A program made the translations under genes and the position numbers. From NCBI GenBank assembly GCA_037445065.1, contig JBBILD010000006.1, positions 128,001 through 192,000 of the forward strand: DNA of 64,000 nt. The letters are read 5' to 3'. This DNA is from Myxococcales bacterium (lineage in GTDB: Bacteria; Desulfobacterota; Binatia; HRBIN30). Below are positions 10,299 to 20,123 of this stretch, one piece after another. Below the pieces are notes generated by a model. That model had not been told where the DNA came from. It made no database searches and saw only the letters and a program-made list of their open reading frames with translations. Position 1 is the stretch's first letter; each line of letters begins with the position of its first letter.

Positions 10299-10925
10299 TC
10301 ACGCAAGACTGGGCTTCTCAACATCGCGTTTTCGCACCGTGCGTGCAACCAGCGCCGCCTCTGCCGCCTTGTCCCGGCGCGATACCCCCGGGCTGCCCAG
10401 CAGGTAAAAGCGCAGTGGAAGATCAGCGGCGAGACGAACTCCAATGCGGGTTGTGGTGACGATCCGTTCGGAGCGCCTGCGGAAACCAGGCTCGACCCAG
10501 ATGTGGGGGTCGGTGACCAGGTCGCGACCGTTGTCTTGCCGCGTCAAGCCGAGAACTCGTGCCACCCGCCCCGGCCCTTGCGCCCCTTCGATGTGATCGA
10601 GCCCGCGGATCAGCACTGCTCCGGCGACTCCCTCCTCTTCGGCAACCACGTTGACGCAATGGTGCATGCCATACGTGAAGTACACGTACAGCAGCCCGGG
10701 GGTGCCGAACATCACTTGATTGCGAGCTGTCCGCTTTCCACCGGCCGCATGGGAGGCGGCGTCTTGGGTGTACGCTTCGGTCTCCACGATGCGGCCCCGC
10801 AAGATTCGGCCATCTTTGCGGTGGCAAAAAAAGCAGCCGAGCAGCTTCCTGGCCAGCCGCACCGTATCGCCAGCAAAGTCTTGCCGGCCGAGGCGGTTCA
10901 CCAGGCGATCGGTCGTGGTACCCAT
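10299..10925 (-). CDS. DNA-3-methyladenine glycosylase (MPG/AAG family)
   Basis: GRIVETEAY, YVYFTYGMHHC.N, GAVLIR, GPG, RIGV motifs. Confidence 0.93.
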   Translation of the reverse strand: MGTTTDRLVNRLGRQDFAGDTVRLARKLLGCFFCHRKDGRILRGRIVETEAYTQDAASHAAGGKRTARNQVMFGTPGLLYVYFTYGMHHCVNVVAEEEGVAGAVLIRGLDHIEGAQGPGRVARVLGLTRQDNGRDLVTDPHIWVEPGFRRRSERIVTTTRIGVRLAADLPLRFYLLGSPGVSRRDKAAEAALVARTVRKRDVEKPSLA

Positions 10926-12022
10926 GAGTCAAGATGGCGCGCGGTTGTTGCTCTTTTTCCCCACAGGCCTGGGATGAACGTCTGGCACTGAGGGCAGCGG
11001 CCGTCTTCCAAGCGGACGCGGAGGACGCGAAACCCCCGCCGCTCCACCACCGTCGTCTTGCAGTTCGGGCAGCGTGTATTCTCGTAAGCTCCGACCTGGC
11101 CCGGAGCGTTGCCAGCATACACGAATCGCAGTCCGGCGCGCTCGCCGAGCTCCGCCGCGCGCAAGAGCTGCTCGATTCGGGTGCCGTCCCGGTCGGTCAT
11201 TTTGTAATCGGGATGGAAGGCTGTGACATGCCAAGGAATGTCTGGCGAAACGCTGGCGAGAAATTCGACCAGTGCCCGCAGTTCCTCCTCGCTGTCGTTG
11301 AAGCCAGGTACAAGCAAGGTCACGACTTCCACCCACACGCCGAGTTCGACCAGCCTGCGGATCGTCTCCTTGACCGTCTCTAAGACCCCACCGAGCTTGC
11401 GGTAGCGCCGGTCATCGAAGCCCTTGAGATCCACTTTGTACGCGTCAATCACCGGCCGCAGGTATTCCAAAACCTCTGCGGTTGCGTTCCCGTTCGACAC
11501 GTAGGACGTCAGGAGCCCTCGCGCCCGCGCCGCGCGGAAGACCTCTGCGGCCCATTCGCTGGCGATCAAAGGTTCGTTGTACGTGCTGGTGACCATTTCG
11601 GCTCCGTGCTCGACCGCCAGGCGGACGATCTCTTCGGGCTCGATTCTCTTGGGCGGAACGCCGGCGATGGGGTCCCGCAACGCCTGCGACGTAATCCAGT
11701 TTTGGCAGTAGGCGCAGTGGTAATCGCAGCCGAGCATGCCGAAACTCAGCGCCAATGCCCCAGGAAGTACATGGAAAAACGGTTTTTTCTCGATCGGGTC
11801 GCACTGCAGTCCGGCGACGTAGCCCCAGGGAACGTAGAGTTTGCCCTGGCGATGAAAGCGGACTTTGCAAATTCCGACCTTGCCTTCCGGCAGATAACAC
11901 CGATGGCCACAGGCCAGGCAGCGCAAGCCTCCATCGGCGCTCGGCTGCACCAGGTCCGAGCGCGCCACGCTGAATTGCTCGATCCACGCCTGCAGCGTTT
12001 CTTGAGCTGCCGTTTGTTTCAC
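10898..12022 (-). CDS. amrS: AmmeMemoRadiSam system radical SAM enzyme (start uncertain)
   Basis: CLACGHRC..GICKVR, DPIEKKPFFH, CDYHCAYCQNW (CxxxCxxC), TYNEP, FHPDYKM, C-terminal CPNC/CPQC. Confidence 0.9.
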   Translation of the reverse strand: MKQTAAQETLQAWIEQFSVARSDLVQPSADGGLRCLACGHRCYLPEGKVGICKVRFHRQGKLYVPWGYVAGLQCDPIEKKPFFHVLPGALALSFGMLGCDYHCAYCQNWITSQALRDPIAGVPPKRIEPEEIVRLAVEHGAEMVTSTYNEPLIASEWAAEVFRAARARGLLTSYVSNGNATAEVLEYLRPVIDAYKVDLKGFDDRRYRKLGGVLETVKETIRRLVELGVWVEVVTLLVPGFNDSEEELRALVEFLASVSPDIPWHVTAFHPDYKMTDRDGTRIEQLLRAAELGERAGLRFVYAGNAPGQVGAYENTRCPNCKTTVVERRGFRVLRVRLEDGRCPQCQTFIPGLWGKRATTARHLDSWVPRPIAW

Positions 12023-12212
12023 GGCTTGTTGTATAGAGGCAGCTCCGACTGCGAACAATTCCAGCCATGGCGCATCGCTACGGGAGACGGCTCCGCAGGT
12101 GCGGGGACCACCAATGCCTGGTCGATGGGCCGCGGGCGTTTGTGGCCAGTACGACCTGACGCACCGCGCCAGCCGGATACCATGAATCCGGGAGCTGTGC
12201 TTTAACGGGCGC

Positions 12213-13220
12213 ATGGTGATGCGTCGACTGGGGCTGGCGGCAATCGGGGCATTGCTCGCAGGGTTGTTCGTTTGGTGGTGGTGGGCGGTGGAAGAGCGAC
12301 GAGAAATGGCGATTCGGGGCTCGGGAATCATCGAGGTGACCGAGGTGGACGTAGCGTTTGAGGTGCCGGGAACGATCGCCGAGCGCTATGTGGACGAGGG
12401 AGCGCTGCTCGATCGAGGGGAGCCCATCGCGCGGCTGGACGAGCGCGAGTACCGCCTGCAAGTCGAGCGCTGGCAAGCCGCGAAGGCTGCGGCCGAGGCG
12501 CGGTACGAGCTATTGAAGCGAGGTCCCCGCGGACAAGAAGTGGATCAGGCGCTAGCGGCATTGGAGTCGGCGCAAGCGGAATTCGAGGTTCGCCAGCGCG
12601 ACTTCTCGCGAGTCGAAGAGCTGTTTCGCCGAGGAGTGGTTTCCCAGGCAGAGTGGGATCGCGCTCGGGGGGCTCTAACCGCCGCGCAAAGCGCGCGCGA
12701 TGCCGCACGCTCCCGGCTCGAGATGTTGAAAGAAGGGTTTCGTACCGAAGAAATCGAGCAGGGACGTGCGCAGGTACGCGAGGCCGAGAAGGCGTTGGCG
12801 ATTGCGGAACTCAACTTGGCGCGCTGCCAGCTCTTTGCTCCGATCGCGGGGCGAGTGCTCTCCAAAAACCGTGAGGTGGGAGAAGTCGTGGGCCCCGGGA
12901 CCCCGGTGGTGACCATGGGTGATCTCACTTTTGTTTGAAATACTTGGTACGTGAGCGAGCGCGACCTCTGCAAGTTGCGGCTGGGGATGGCGGGGCGCGT
13001 TTACGTGGATGCGTATCCAGGCCGGCCCTTTCCAGCACGGGTGAGTTACATCGCGGACAAATCCGAATTCACGCCGAAGAACGTCCAGACCCAGGAAGAG
13101 CGCGCCAAGTTGGTCTATCGGGTCAAGCTGGAACTCGCGAACGAAGAGGGGATTCTCAAGCCAGGGATGCCTGCCGATGTAGTGATCCCGCTCGACTCTG
13201 CAGTTGCCGAAGGCCACTGA
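12213..13220 (+). pseudogene. HlyD-family efflux membrane fusion protein interrupted by an in-frame TGA at 12936-12938
   Basis: ORFs 12213-12938 and 12951-13220 share a frame: TM, GIIEVTEV, coiled coil, APIAGRV...GDLTFV*NTWYVSERDL...EFTPKNVQT..LKPGMPADV. Confidence 0.8.
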
Positions 13221-13240
13221 TCCATCATAGGTGACGAGAG

Positions 13241-14218
13241 ATGGCGGCAGCCATCGAGGTACGGGATCTGGAGAAAGAGTATCCGCAGGGCACACGTGCG
13301 CTGCGCGGGGTCTCGTTCGAGGTAGAACGCGGGGAGTTGTTCGGGTTGGTGGGTCCCGACGGAGCGGGAAAAACCACCTTGCTTCGCATTCTGGCAGGGC
13401 TGCTCACACCAAGCCGCGGCAGCGTGCGGGTGGACGGCATCGATGTCGTGCAAGATGCTGCGGCGGTAAAGGAGCGGATCGGATACATGTCGCAGCGCTT
13501 TAGCCTGTGCGAAACACTGACGGTCTTGGAAAACCTGTTGTACGCGAGCGAAATTTGGCACCTGCGCCCGCAGCAGCGCAGAGAGCGGATCGCGCAGCTA
13601 CTGCGTTTCAGCCGGCTCGCCCCGTTTCAGAACCGCCTCACGCGCAACCTCTCCGGCGGGATGAAGCAAAAACTCGCCTTGAGTGTGGCGCTCGTGCATC
13701 ATCCGCGTATTTTACTTTTGGACGAGCCGACCATCGGTGTGGACCCTCTTTCGCGCCGGGATTTCTGGCTGATCTTGTACGAGCTGTTGCGCGAGGGTTC
13801 GACGATTTTCTTGTCCACTCCATACATGGACGAAGCCGAGCGGTGCTCTCGGGTTGCGTTTTTGCTGGACGGGCGCCTGATCGCAGTGGGGAGCCCGGCG
13901 GAGCTGCGCAAGTCGCTGCCCGTTGTCGTGTTGGATTTGCACTGCGCCGATGCTCGCCTGGCGCGCACGCGTCTCAGCCAACTCTCACGCTTTGCACATC
14001 TCGCCCCATTCGGCGAGCACCTCCATGTGACGATCCCGCGGGAGGGCGTGGACCCGAAAGAGTGGGTGGAAGCGGCGCAAGCAGCGGGCGTGGGGGTGCG
14101 GAGCTGGCGGGTTAGCGAGCCATCGCTGGAAGACGTGTTTTTGTTCCTTGCCGCGAATCGAGCGCGCGAGCAGGCAGGGCTACCGGGTGCACCCTCGGCA
14201 CCACCCACGCTCGGCTAA
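13241..14218 (+). CDS. ABC transporter ATP-binding protein (YbhF/CcmA-like)
   Basis: GPDGAGKTT, LSGGMKQ, LLDEPT, EPSLEDVF. Confidence 0.93.
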   Translation: MAAAIEVRDLEKEYPQGTRALRGVSFEVERGELFGLVGPDGAGKTTLLRILAGLLTPSRGSVRVDGIDVVQDAAAVKERIGYMSQRFSLCETLTVLENLLYASEIWHLRPQQRRERIAQLLRFSRLAPFQNRLTRNLSGGMKQKLALSVALVHHPRILLLDEPTIGVDPLSRRDFWLILYELLREGSTIFLSTPYMDEAERCSRVAFLLDGRLIAVGSPAELRKSLPVVVLDLHCADARLARTRLSQLSRFAHLAPFGEHLHVTIPREGVDPKEWVEAAQAAGVGVRSWRVSEPSLEDVFLFLAANRAREQAGLPGAPSAPPTLG

Positions 14219-14228
14219 AGAGCGCGGC

Positions 14229-14951
14229 TTAGGGCGCACACCCGGCCAGTGCCACCCCCACGGCGGCAATGAGTTCGTCAACGGTAATGATCCCGTCCTG
14301 GTTGGCATCTCCGGCGGCGCACTGTGCAAGCGGGGCCTGTTCGAGAGCGATGTTTACCATGAGTAAGACGTTGTTGATCGTGACTTCCCCGTCGCCATCG
14401 CAGTCCCCGATACACCCCGTTGGAGGTTGCGTGGGAGTGGGGGTTGGAAAGGTGCCTTCACCTTGGCAGGTGCCGAGGATGCAATCGCTATCGTCCACAC
14501 ACGCAAAGCCGTCTCCGGAACATACGCGGCCTGTGGCCCAGCAAAGCGAACCGGGGCAGTGTTCGTTGCGTAAGCAGGACAAGCCCTTGAGTTCCCCTCC
14601 AAGGCAAATCTTCTGCGTGCCTCGACAGGGCGCCGCCGAGCCGCAGTTGTACGCGGGATCGCAGCACTCGCCCTGATATGGGCCGCCCTCGCAGGTGCCG
14701 AGTTCGGGATCGTTTGTGCAGGAGCCGACGCTCGAGCATTGGCTTCCCGGACAATCACAGTCGAAGCCGTCGTCTGGGCCACCGTCGCAGACTCCCTGTG
14801 CGACCACGCAGGAGCCGCTCGGGCAGTCTTCCACGCGGGCGCACGGGCGGCCGTCGTTCGGTCCACCGGAGCAGAGGCGTTGTTGAGCCAGTAGTTCGCT
14901 AGCGAAGGAGCACGCGAGCAGCAGGAAGAAGGCGCGGGCGGTTGTCATCAT
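14229..14951 (-). CDS. Secreted Cys-rich repeat protein with C-terminal dockerin-like (paired EF-hand-like) module
   Basis: Signal peptide; five CxG(G)...G..C repeats; PTPTPT linker; CIGDCDGDGEVT...DANQDGIITVDEL...GC. Confidence 0.8.
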   Translation of the reverse strand: MMTTARAFFLLLACSFASELLAQQRLCSGGPNDGRPCARVEDCPSGSCVVAQGVCDGGPDDGFDCDCPGSQCSSVGSCTNDPELGTCEGGPYQGECCDPAYNCGSAAPCRGTQKICLGGELKGLSCLRNEHCPGSLCWATGRVCSGDGFACVDDSDCILGTCQGEGTFPTPTPTQPPTGCIGDCDGDGEVTINNVLLMVNIALEQAPLAQCAAGDANQDGIITVDELIAAVGVALAGCAP

Positions 14952-15062
14952 TGTGTTTCAGCTATTCGCGTTTGGCGCAGCAGAGTCAACGCTTTCGTTT
15001 CGCACTGGCATAGCAACCGGGGGTTCGCTACTCGAACAAGCCCGCCGCAAGGAGGAAGCGAG

Positions 15063-15623
15063 ATGGCTGCGACTCCGTCCAAGATGGTTCCCCTAGGCAC
15101 CAAGGCTCCATCGTTTCGATTGCCCGACCCTGCGGGCAAAATCGTTTCCCTTGACGATTTCGCTGACAAACCGGCGCTCCTCGTAATGTTCATCTGCAAC
15201 CATTGTCCGTATGTGAAGCATATCCGCTCGGCTTTGGCACAGTTCGCTCGGGAGTATGTTCCGAAGGGCCTAGCCATCGTCGGGATCAACTCGAACGACA
15301 TTTCCCAGTATCCGGAGGACAGCCCGGAGAAGATGGCTGAGGAGGCGCGCGAGGCAGGGTATATCTTTCCCTACCTCTTCGATGAGACGCAGGAAGTTGC
15401 GAAGGCGTACGGGGCGGCGTGCACTCCGGATTTCTTCCTGTTCGACCGCGAGCGAAAACTGGTGTACCGCGGGCAATTCGACGACAGCCGCCCTGGCTCG
15501 AACGTCCCAGTAACCGGGGCCGACTTGCGCGCCGCGGTGGACGCAGTACTGGCAGGCCGACCTGTGCCCGAGAAACAGAAGCCGAGCTTGGGCTGCAATA
15601 TCAAGTGGAAGCAGGCCAGTTGA
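15063..15623 (+). CDS. Thioredoxin-family / AhpC-TSA-like redoxin
   Basis: FICNHCPYV, INSND, YGAACTPDFF, YRGQFDDSRP, SLGCNIKW. Confidence 0.92.
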   Translation: MAATPSKMVPLGTKAPSFRLPDPAGKIVSLDDFADKPALLVMFICNHCPYVKHIRSALAQFAREYVPKGLAIVGINSNDISQYPEDSPEKMAEEAREAGYIFPYLFDETQEVAKAYGAACTPDFFLFDRERKLVYRGQFDDSRPGSNVPVTGADLRAAVDAVLAGRPVPEKQKPSLGCNIKWKQAS

Positions 15624-15639
15624 GGAGCGCGCCCGCACC

Positions 15640-16623
15640 CTAAAACCGGTCCGAGATCCAGTACACACTGCGTTCGGGCGGAAACAGCTCGGCCCATAGG
15701 GAATCCTGCTCGGTAGAGGCGAGTGAAGTTCCCATTTTCGATGCAAGCCGGCGCGGGTCGAGCACCCGCCACATGCAGAACAAGTCCTCGACGCGGTTCA
15801 GGGTGAGGCCGCGCACTTGCAGAGCGGCACGGATCTCTGGCTCATGCTCCAAGTGGGCAAGCGTACCGGGGAGGTGCGAGGCTCTGCGCTCGTGGTGGGC
15901 CAGTGCGAGTTGGACCAAGGCCTGGGTGTGACCGGGTGCAAAAGCGTGCTCCATGACCACGTTGAGGTCGAACAACTGTGTGGCGCGCGCGTATGCCAAG
16001 ACTTGTCCATGCTGGCAGGCGACCAGGAAGGACTCGTCTGGGTTTCCCGCGTAACGGAGCTGGCCTTGCCAGTAGGCTACGTCACGGATGGTGCAGCCGT
16101 ACAGCGCCTGCGTGTACGCGTCGTACAGGGCGCGCACGGCGGGCAAATCGTCGCGAGCAGCTGGCCGGACTTCATAGGTGGGTGGAGTGTCATCCGCGGC
16201 CGCGGTGCCGGTAATCAAGGTCAGGAGCCGGGGGTGGCTTCGATAACCGAGGGCTCCGTAGAACTCGAGTCGGGAGGCAAACAGTAGCGACACCTCGAAG
16301 GGCTGCGCGGCGAGCTGCTCTAGGCCGAAGCGCAGCAACTTGAAGGCGAGGCCGCGCCTGCGGTCAGTTGGGGTGGTGAACACGTTGCCGACTCCAGCGA
16401 CTTCGATTTCCCCGCAGGAAGCGCGAACCCGTTTGCGGAAGACCTGGAAGGTGCTCACGATCCGAGGTCCATCGCAAGCGACAAAGCAGAGATCGTCGCG
16501 AAACGCTGGATCGTGGTAAAAGTAGCGGGCAAAAAAATCGCGGTCCCCGTACCACTCGCGCAACAAATCCAAAACCGCCTCTCGCTCACCCGGGCGAATG
16601 GAGCGGAACTCGATGCACGACAT
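15640..16623 (-). CDS. GNAT family N-acetyltransferase (Eis-like tandem GNAT)
   Basis: GVGNVFT.P..RRRGLA acetyl-CoA motif, FYGALGY; second GNAT-like half. Confidence 0.8.
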   Translation of the reverse strand: MSCIEFRSIRPGEREAVLDLLREWYGDRDFFARYFYHDPAFRDDLCFVACDGPRIVSTFQVFRKRVRASCGEIEVAGVGNVFTTPTDRRRGLAFKLLRFGLEQLAAQPFEVSLLFASRLEFYGALGYRSHPRLLTLITGTAAADDTPPTYEVRPAARDDLPAVRALYDAYTQALYGCTIRDVAYWQGQLRYAGNPDESFLVACQHGQVLAYARATQLFDLNVVMEHAFAPGHTQALVQLALAHHERRASHLPGTLAHLEHEPEIRAALQVRGLTLNRVEDLFCMWRVLDPRRLASKMGTSLASTEQDSLWAELFPPERSVYWISDRF

Positions 16624-16677
16624 GGGAGGCCAGCTTCCATAAAGCGCACGGCGGGGCAAGGGCTCGCAGGCCGCGAG

Positions 16678-17895
16678 TCAGGAATCGGTGCGAGAGGCAC
16701 CCGAGAAGCGATCGTTCGGCTGCCCGGGGAGGTCGGGCGGGAACCAGAGGGCAGTATCGTCACGCAGCAAAACTGCGAGCCCAACGAGTTCGACACCCAG
16801 TACGGTTGCTAAGAGGCTGGTGGCGAAGAGCAGCCAGCGCGCCGGCGCAAAAACAGGCCAGGACGTAGAGAAGAGCCACAACGCGGCGGTCAGCACGCCC
16901 ACCGACCCGGCAAGGCAGGCCGCACGGAACAGCGGCTGGGCAGAGACCCCGCCCCAAGCACGGGGAAAGCGTTGCGGCGGAACGCTGGCGGGCATGGCGG
17001 CAGCGATTTGTGCGAGAATGGCCAAGCCCGCGCGCGATCCTGCCGCGCAAGCCCACAGCCAGGTGACAAACTCGAGGAGAGTTTCCGGGATCGATCGGGC
17101 AAGCACGAGAAAGCCAGCCATCGTCAAGCTGCAAACCCAGAAAAACCGACACGCCCAGCGACGCAAGCCCGCGAAGGCGCCGTTCGCCCGAGGTCTAAGC
17201 AATGAAGGGGGCGAGCGATCGAACCAAAGCCCGCGGCTGGCACCGGTCCAGGGCCGCATGTTTTCCGGCGCTGGTTCAGGTGCCGGAACGGACGCCACTG
17301 CGACACCGATCTTTTGCAGTGCTGCACGCAGCGATGACGCATCGAGTTCTCCGGTCAGGTCGCGTAGCGCTTGAGCAAGAACGGAAGTGGGCCCCAAACA
17401 GGCGAACCAGTGGCTCTGGGGAGTGACGCTTTGCTGTGGGCGCGAGGCTTGTGGGGTGGGCTGCCACGGCCCATCAGCGCTTACGGGAGCCTCCATGATT
17501 GCCACCCGATCTGAGGTCTCCGCCACCGCCTGCACCAAAGCAAAGAGAGCCGCCGGGTTGCGCGCCAACCCAACCGTAGCCAGGCAAGTGAAACTGCCGC
17601 GAGCGCTGGCGAGCGCCCTTCGGTATACGGCACTCGAGCTTTCCCCCGAACGAGCCGGCAACAATTGCACCGACCCCACTTGTATCGGCTCTTGTGGGGG
17701 AGCGTCCGCTACGTGGGTCTCGAGCACCACTACCTCCAGTCGCGCGAAACCGTAGCCGGCGAGCTTTTCCTCGAGCGCCAGTACGCGGTCGAGAAGCGAG
17801 GCGAGGGAGCCCCCCGAAGGTGCAGGCACGATGAGCGAAAGTCTCCCTCCGCTCACAAGAGGCCGCTCGCAGCTTGGTTCCCCACCCCTCGGCAT
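16678..17895 (-). CDS. Membrane protein with a degenerate GT2-like N-terminal domain
   Basis: LSLIVPA..LEVVVLETH..RRALASARGSFTCL follows GT2 topology but lacks DDGS and DxD; 3-4 C-terminal hydrophobic helices. Confidence 0.5.
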   Translation of the reverse strand: MPRGGEPSCERPLVSGGRLSLIVPAPSGGSLASLLDRVLALEEKLAGYGFARLEVVVLETHVADAPPQEPIQVGSVQLLPARSGESSSAVYRRALASARGSFTCLATVGLARNPAALFALVQAVAETSDRVAIMEAPVSADGPWQPTPQASRPQQSVTPQSHWFACLGPTSVLAQALRDLTGELDASSLRAALQKIGVAVASVPAPEPAPENMRPWTGASRGLWFDRSPPSLLRPRANGAFAGLRRWACRFFWVCSLTMAGFLVLARSIPETLLEFVTWLWACAAGSRAGLAILAQIAAAMPASVPPQRFPRAWGGVSAQPLFRAACLAGSVGVLTAALWLFSTSWPVFAPARWLLFATSLLATVLGVELVGLAVLLRDDTALWFPPDLPGQPNDRFSGASRTDS

Positions 17896-17989
17896 GGGCA
17901 GTATTTTGCTGCAGGTGCTGGCACGAAGCACGAGGAAAAGTTTGCCTCAGCGCCGGGGGCCACTTGCCGCCAGTTAGCCGCGGAAGCGT

Positions 17990-19291
17990 TCAGCGCTTGC
18001 GCGGCCCTTGGCTAGCCCGGGGGCGACTGGGTTTACGACTGCGCGGTGGTTCCTTGGAGCATCGCCGGGCGATTCGCTGCATGAGATCGAGGGCGTATAC
18101 CAGTTCCGGGTACAGCAAGGGTTTCCCGCTGGTCAGGATGGCGCCGGCGAGCTGGCGCTCAGGGTCAGCCCAGCCAACGATGTTCGTAAATCCCAAGTGG
18201 CCAAAGGCATGCTCTGTGTCGAAGCCGTACAGGCTCAGGTAGCGCGCCCCTAACATGAAGCCGAGTGAGTAACGCAGGGGAAGGCCGAGGCTCAAATCAA
18301 TTTCCCACCCGGTGTGCGGCAGCGTTGCGCGTCGAACCGTACGGCGGTCGAAGATGCGCTTGCCGTCGAGCGTGCCTCCATTCAGCAGGAGTTGGTAAAA
18401 ACGGCTCAGTTCAAAGGCGGTGGTCACGATATTGCCAGCGGGTACAATCGCGCGCAAAAAGCGGGGATCGTTGGAGAGTTCGGTGGCGCTGCGCATGTCC
18501 ATCCCGATGGCTTTGTGCAGCATGGTGGACAGCGGGGGCAACGGCGGCGGCCCGGTGAAGACGTTGTAAGCCACCTTCGGGATGTCCTTTTCCTCGACGC
18601 CATAATTGAGCCAGCGGAAGCCGAGAGGCTCTCGGATGTTGTGGGTAAGGAACGTGCGGATGTCGCTGCCCGTGATCCGGTGCACGATTTCGCCGAGGAT
18701 AAATCCGCCCGTCATTGCGTGGTACGCTGCCACTCTTCCCGCAGGCCACACCGGCCGCAAGTCGCACAAGATCTCGACAATCCGCTCCGGATGTTCGAGA
18801 TGGTTCAGATCGAGGGCTTCCGGCGGCAGGTGAGGAATTCCGGCGCGGTGGGCGAGGACATGGCGGATGGTAATCCATTCCTTTCCGTGCCGGGCGAATT
18901 CGGGGATGTACTCACAAACCGGATCATCGAGGTGGATCAGGCGGCGCTCGTCCAGCATGTGGATCACCATGGCGGTCACCGCTTTGGACGCCGAAAAAAT
19001 CGTAAATGGCGTGTCGAGGGTGCAGCGAACCTTCTTACCTTCCGCTGGGTCGTGTGGGCCGCCACCCCGCGCGTAGCCCAGTGCGCGATGGAGGAACACC
19101 TCGCCATGTCGCCGCAGGCAGATTTGCAGCGCGGGATGCAGGCCAGCGGCGAAGAAGCGCTCGGCTGCTTCCCAGATCTCCTCGACCGCTTTGCGGTCTA
19201 GCCCCACGGCGCGGGGGTCCACTTCTTCTCCGCGCTCGGTAATCGCCGAGAGGTCCTCTGGTAGTGGACAACGCTCTACCAACCAGTTCAA
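17990..19291 (-). CDS. Beta-lactamase-family serine hydrolase/esterase (LipE-like)
   Basis: FSASKA (SxxK), LDDPVCEYIPEF, AYHAMTGG, FGHLG. Confidence 0.9.
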   Translation of the reverse strand: MNWLVERCPLPEDLSAITERGEEVDPRAVGLDRKAVEEIWEAAERFFAAGLHPALQICLRRHGEVFLHRALGYARGGGPHDPAEGKKVRCTLDTPFTIFSASKAVTAMVIHMLDERRLIHLDDPVCEYIPEFARHGKEWITIRHVLAHRAGIPHLPPEALDLNHLEHPERIVEILCDLRPVWPAGRVAAYHAMTGGFILGEIVHRITGSDIRTFLTHNIREPLGFRWLNYGVEEKDIPKVAYNVFTGPPPLPPLSTMLHKAIGMDMRSATELSNDPRFLRAIVPAGNIVTTAFELSRFYQLLLNGGTLDGKRIFDRRTVRRATLPHTGWEIDLSLGLPLRYSLGFMLGARYLSLYGFDTEHAFGHLGFTNIVGWADPERQLAGAILTSGKPLLYPELVYALDLMQRIARRCSKEPPRSRKPSRPRASQGPRKR

Positions 19292-19341
19292 AGGTGCTTT
19301 TCCTTCCGCCAGCGCCTGGCCACTCCTTCCCTGTTGTTGGG

Positions 19342-20106
19342 TTAGGTGCCTAGCGGCTTCCTGGTTGCCTCAAGTGGAGAGGCGGCCCTCTCGACGGGCT
19401 GTGCAGGCTCGGCAAACAGATAACGCGAAATCAAGTCGGAAAGCGCAGCCACAACGGCCTCCACCTCCACGTCCGCCTCCCCTAACATCGCTCGGGAGGT
19501 GGTCCACTCCACCGCTGCGTGCAGGACGAAGGCAGCCGTACCAAAGTCGGTCACGCGCAGGCGACCCGCGCGCGCGAGGACCTCGAACAACTGGATCATG
19601 GCGGCCTTGACTCGCTGCTCGATTGCCTCCACGGCCTTGCGAAACTCCGGGTCCTTGAAGTACCGCTCCCACAAGATCCGCTGCAGACCAGGTTGGATGG
19701 TGCGCGAGTGGAACAGCGCGTCAATGAGCTGGCGCACACTCGCTTGCAGATCCGCCCCGAGCCAGAACTCCGGTTTGAGCCGCTCGACTACCAGGTCGGC
19801 GATTTTTTGCGTGGTCTCGTCGAGCAGCTCGAGCAGAATGGACCGCTTGTCGGGGAAGTACCCGTATAACGTTCCGACCGCAATTCCTGCCCGCCGGGCA
19901 ATGGCCGAAGTGGTCGTTTCATCGTACCCGCGGTGCTCGAAGCACCACACGGCCGCTTTCAGAATATCGTTCCGCGTCCGCTTGCTGCGCGCCTGTTGGG
20001 GCGTGCGCACGCGCGGCCGGCGTGCCCGCGCGCGCTGCCGCCCGAGCTGAAAGCGGCTTGGGTCGAGAACCTCCGAGCCGCGACCGCGGCTGCCAAAACT
20101 GGGCAA
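19342..20106 (-). CDS. TetR/AcrR family transcriptional regulator (start uncertain: TTG20106 or GTG20010)
   Basis: PQQARSKRTR..ILKAA..F..RGY..TT..IARRAGIAVGTLYGYFPDK HTH. Confidence 0.9.
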   Translation of the reverse strand: MPSFGSRGRGSEVLDPSRFQLGRQRARARRPRVRTPQQARSKRTRNDILKAAVWCFEHRGYDETTTSAIARRAGIAVGTLYGYFPDKRSILLELLDETTQKIADLVVERLKPEFWLGADLQASVRQLIDALFHSRTIQPGLQRILWERYFKDPEFRKAVEAIEQRVKAAMIQLFEVLARAGRLRVTDFGTAAFVLHAAVEWTTSRAMLGEADVEVEAVVAALSDLISRYLFAEPAQPVERAASPLEATRKPLGT

Positions 20107-20123
20107 CGTTCCACCCTCCCGAA

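Noticed and set aside
12936..12938. TGA recoding (Trp/Sec) as an alternative genetic code
   Set aside because: Many conserved genes in the window end at TGA at the expected position, and this site is not a Cys/Sec context.
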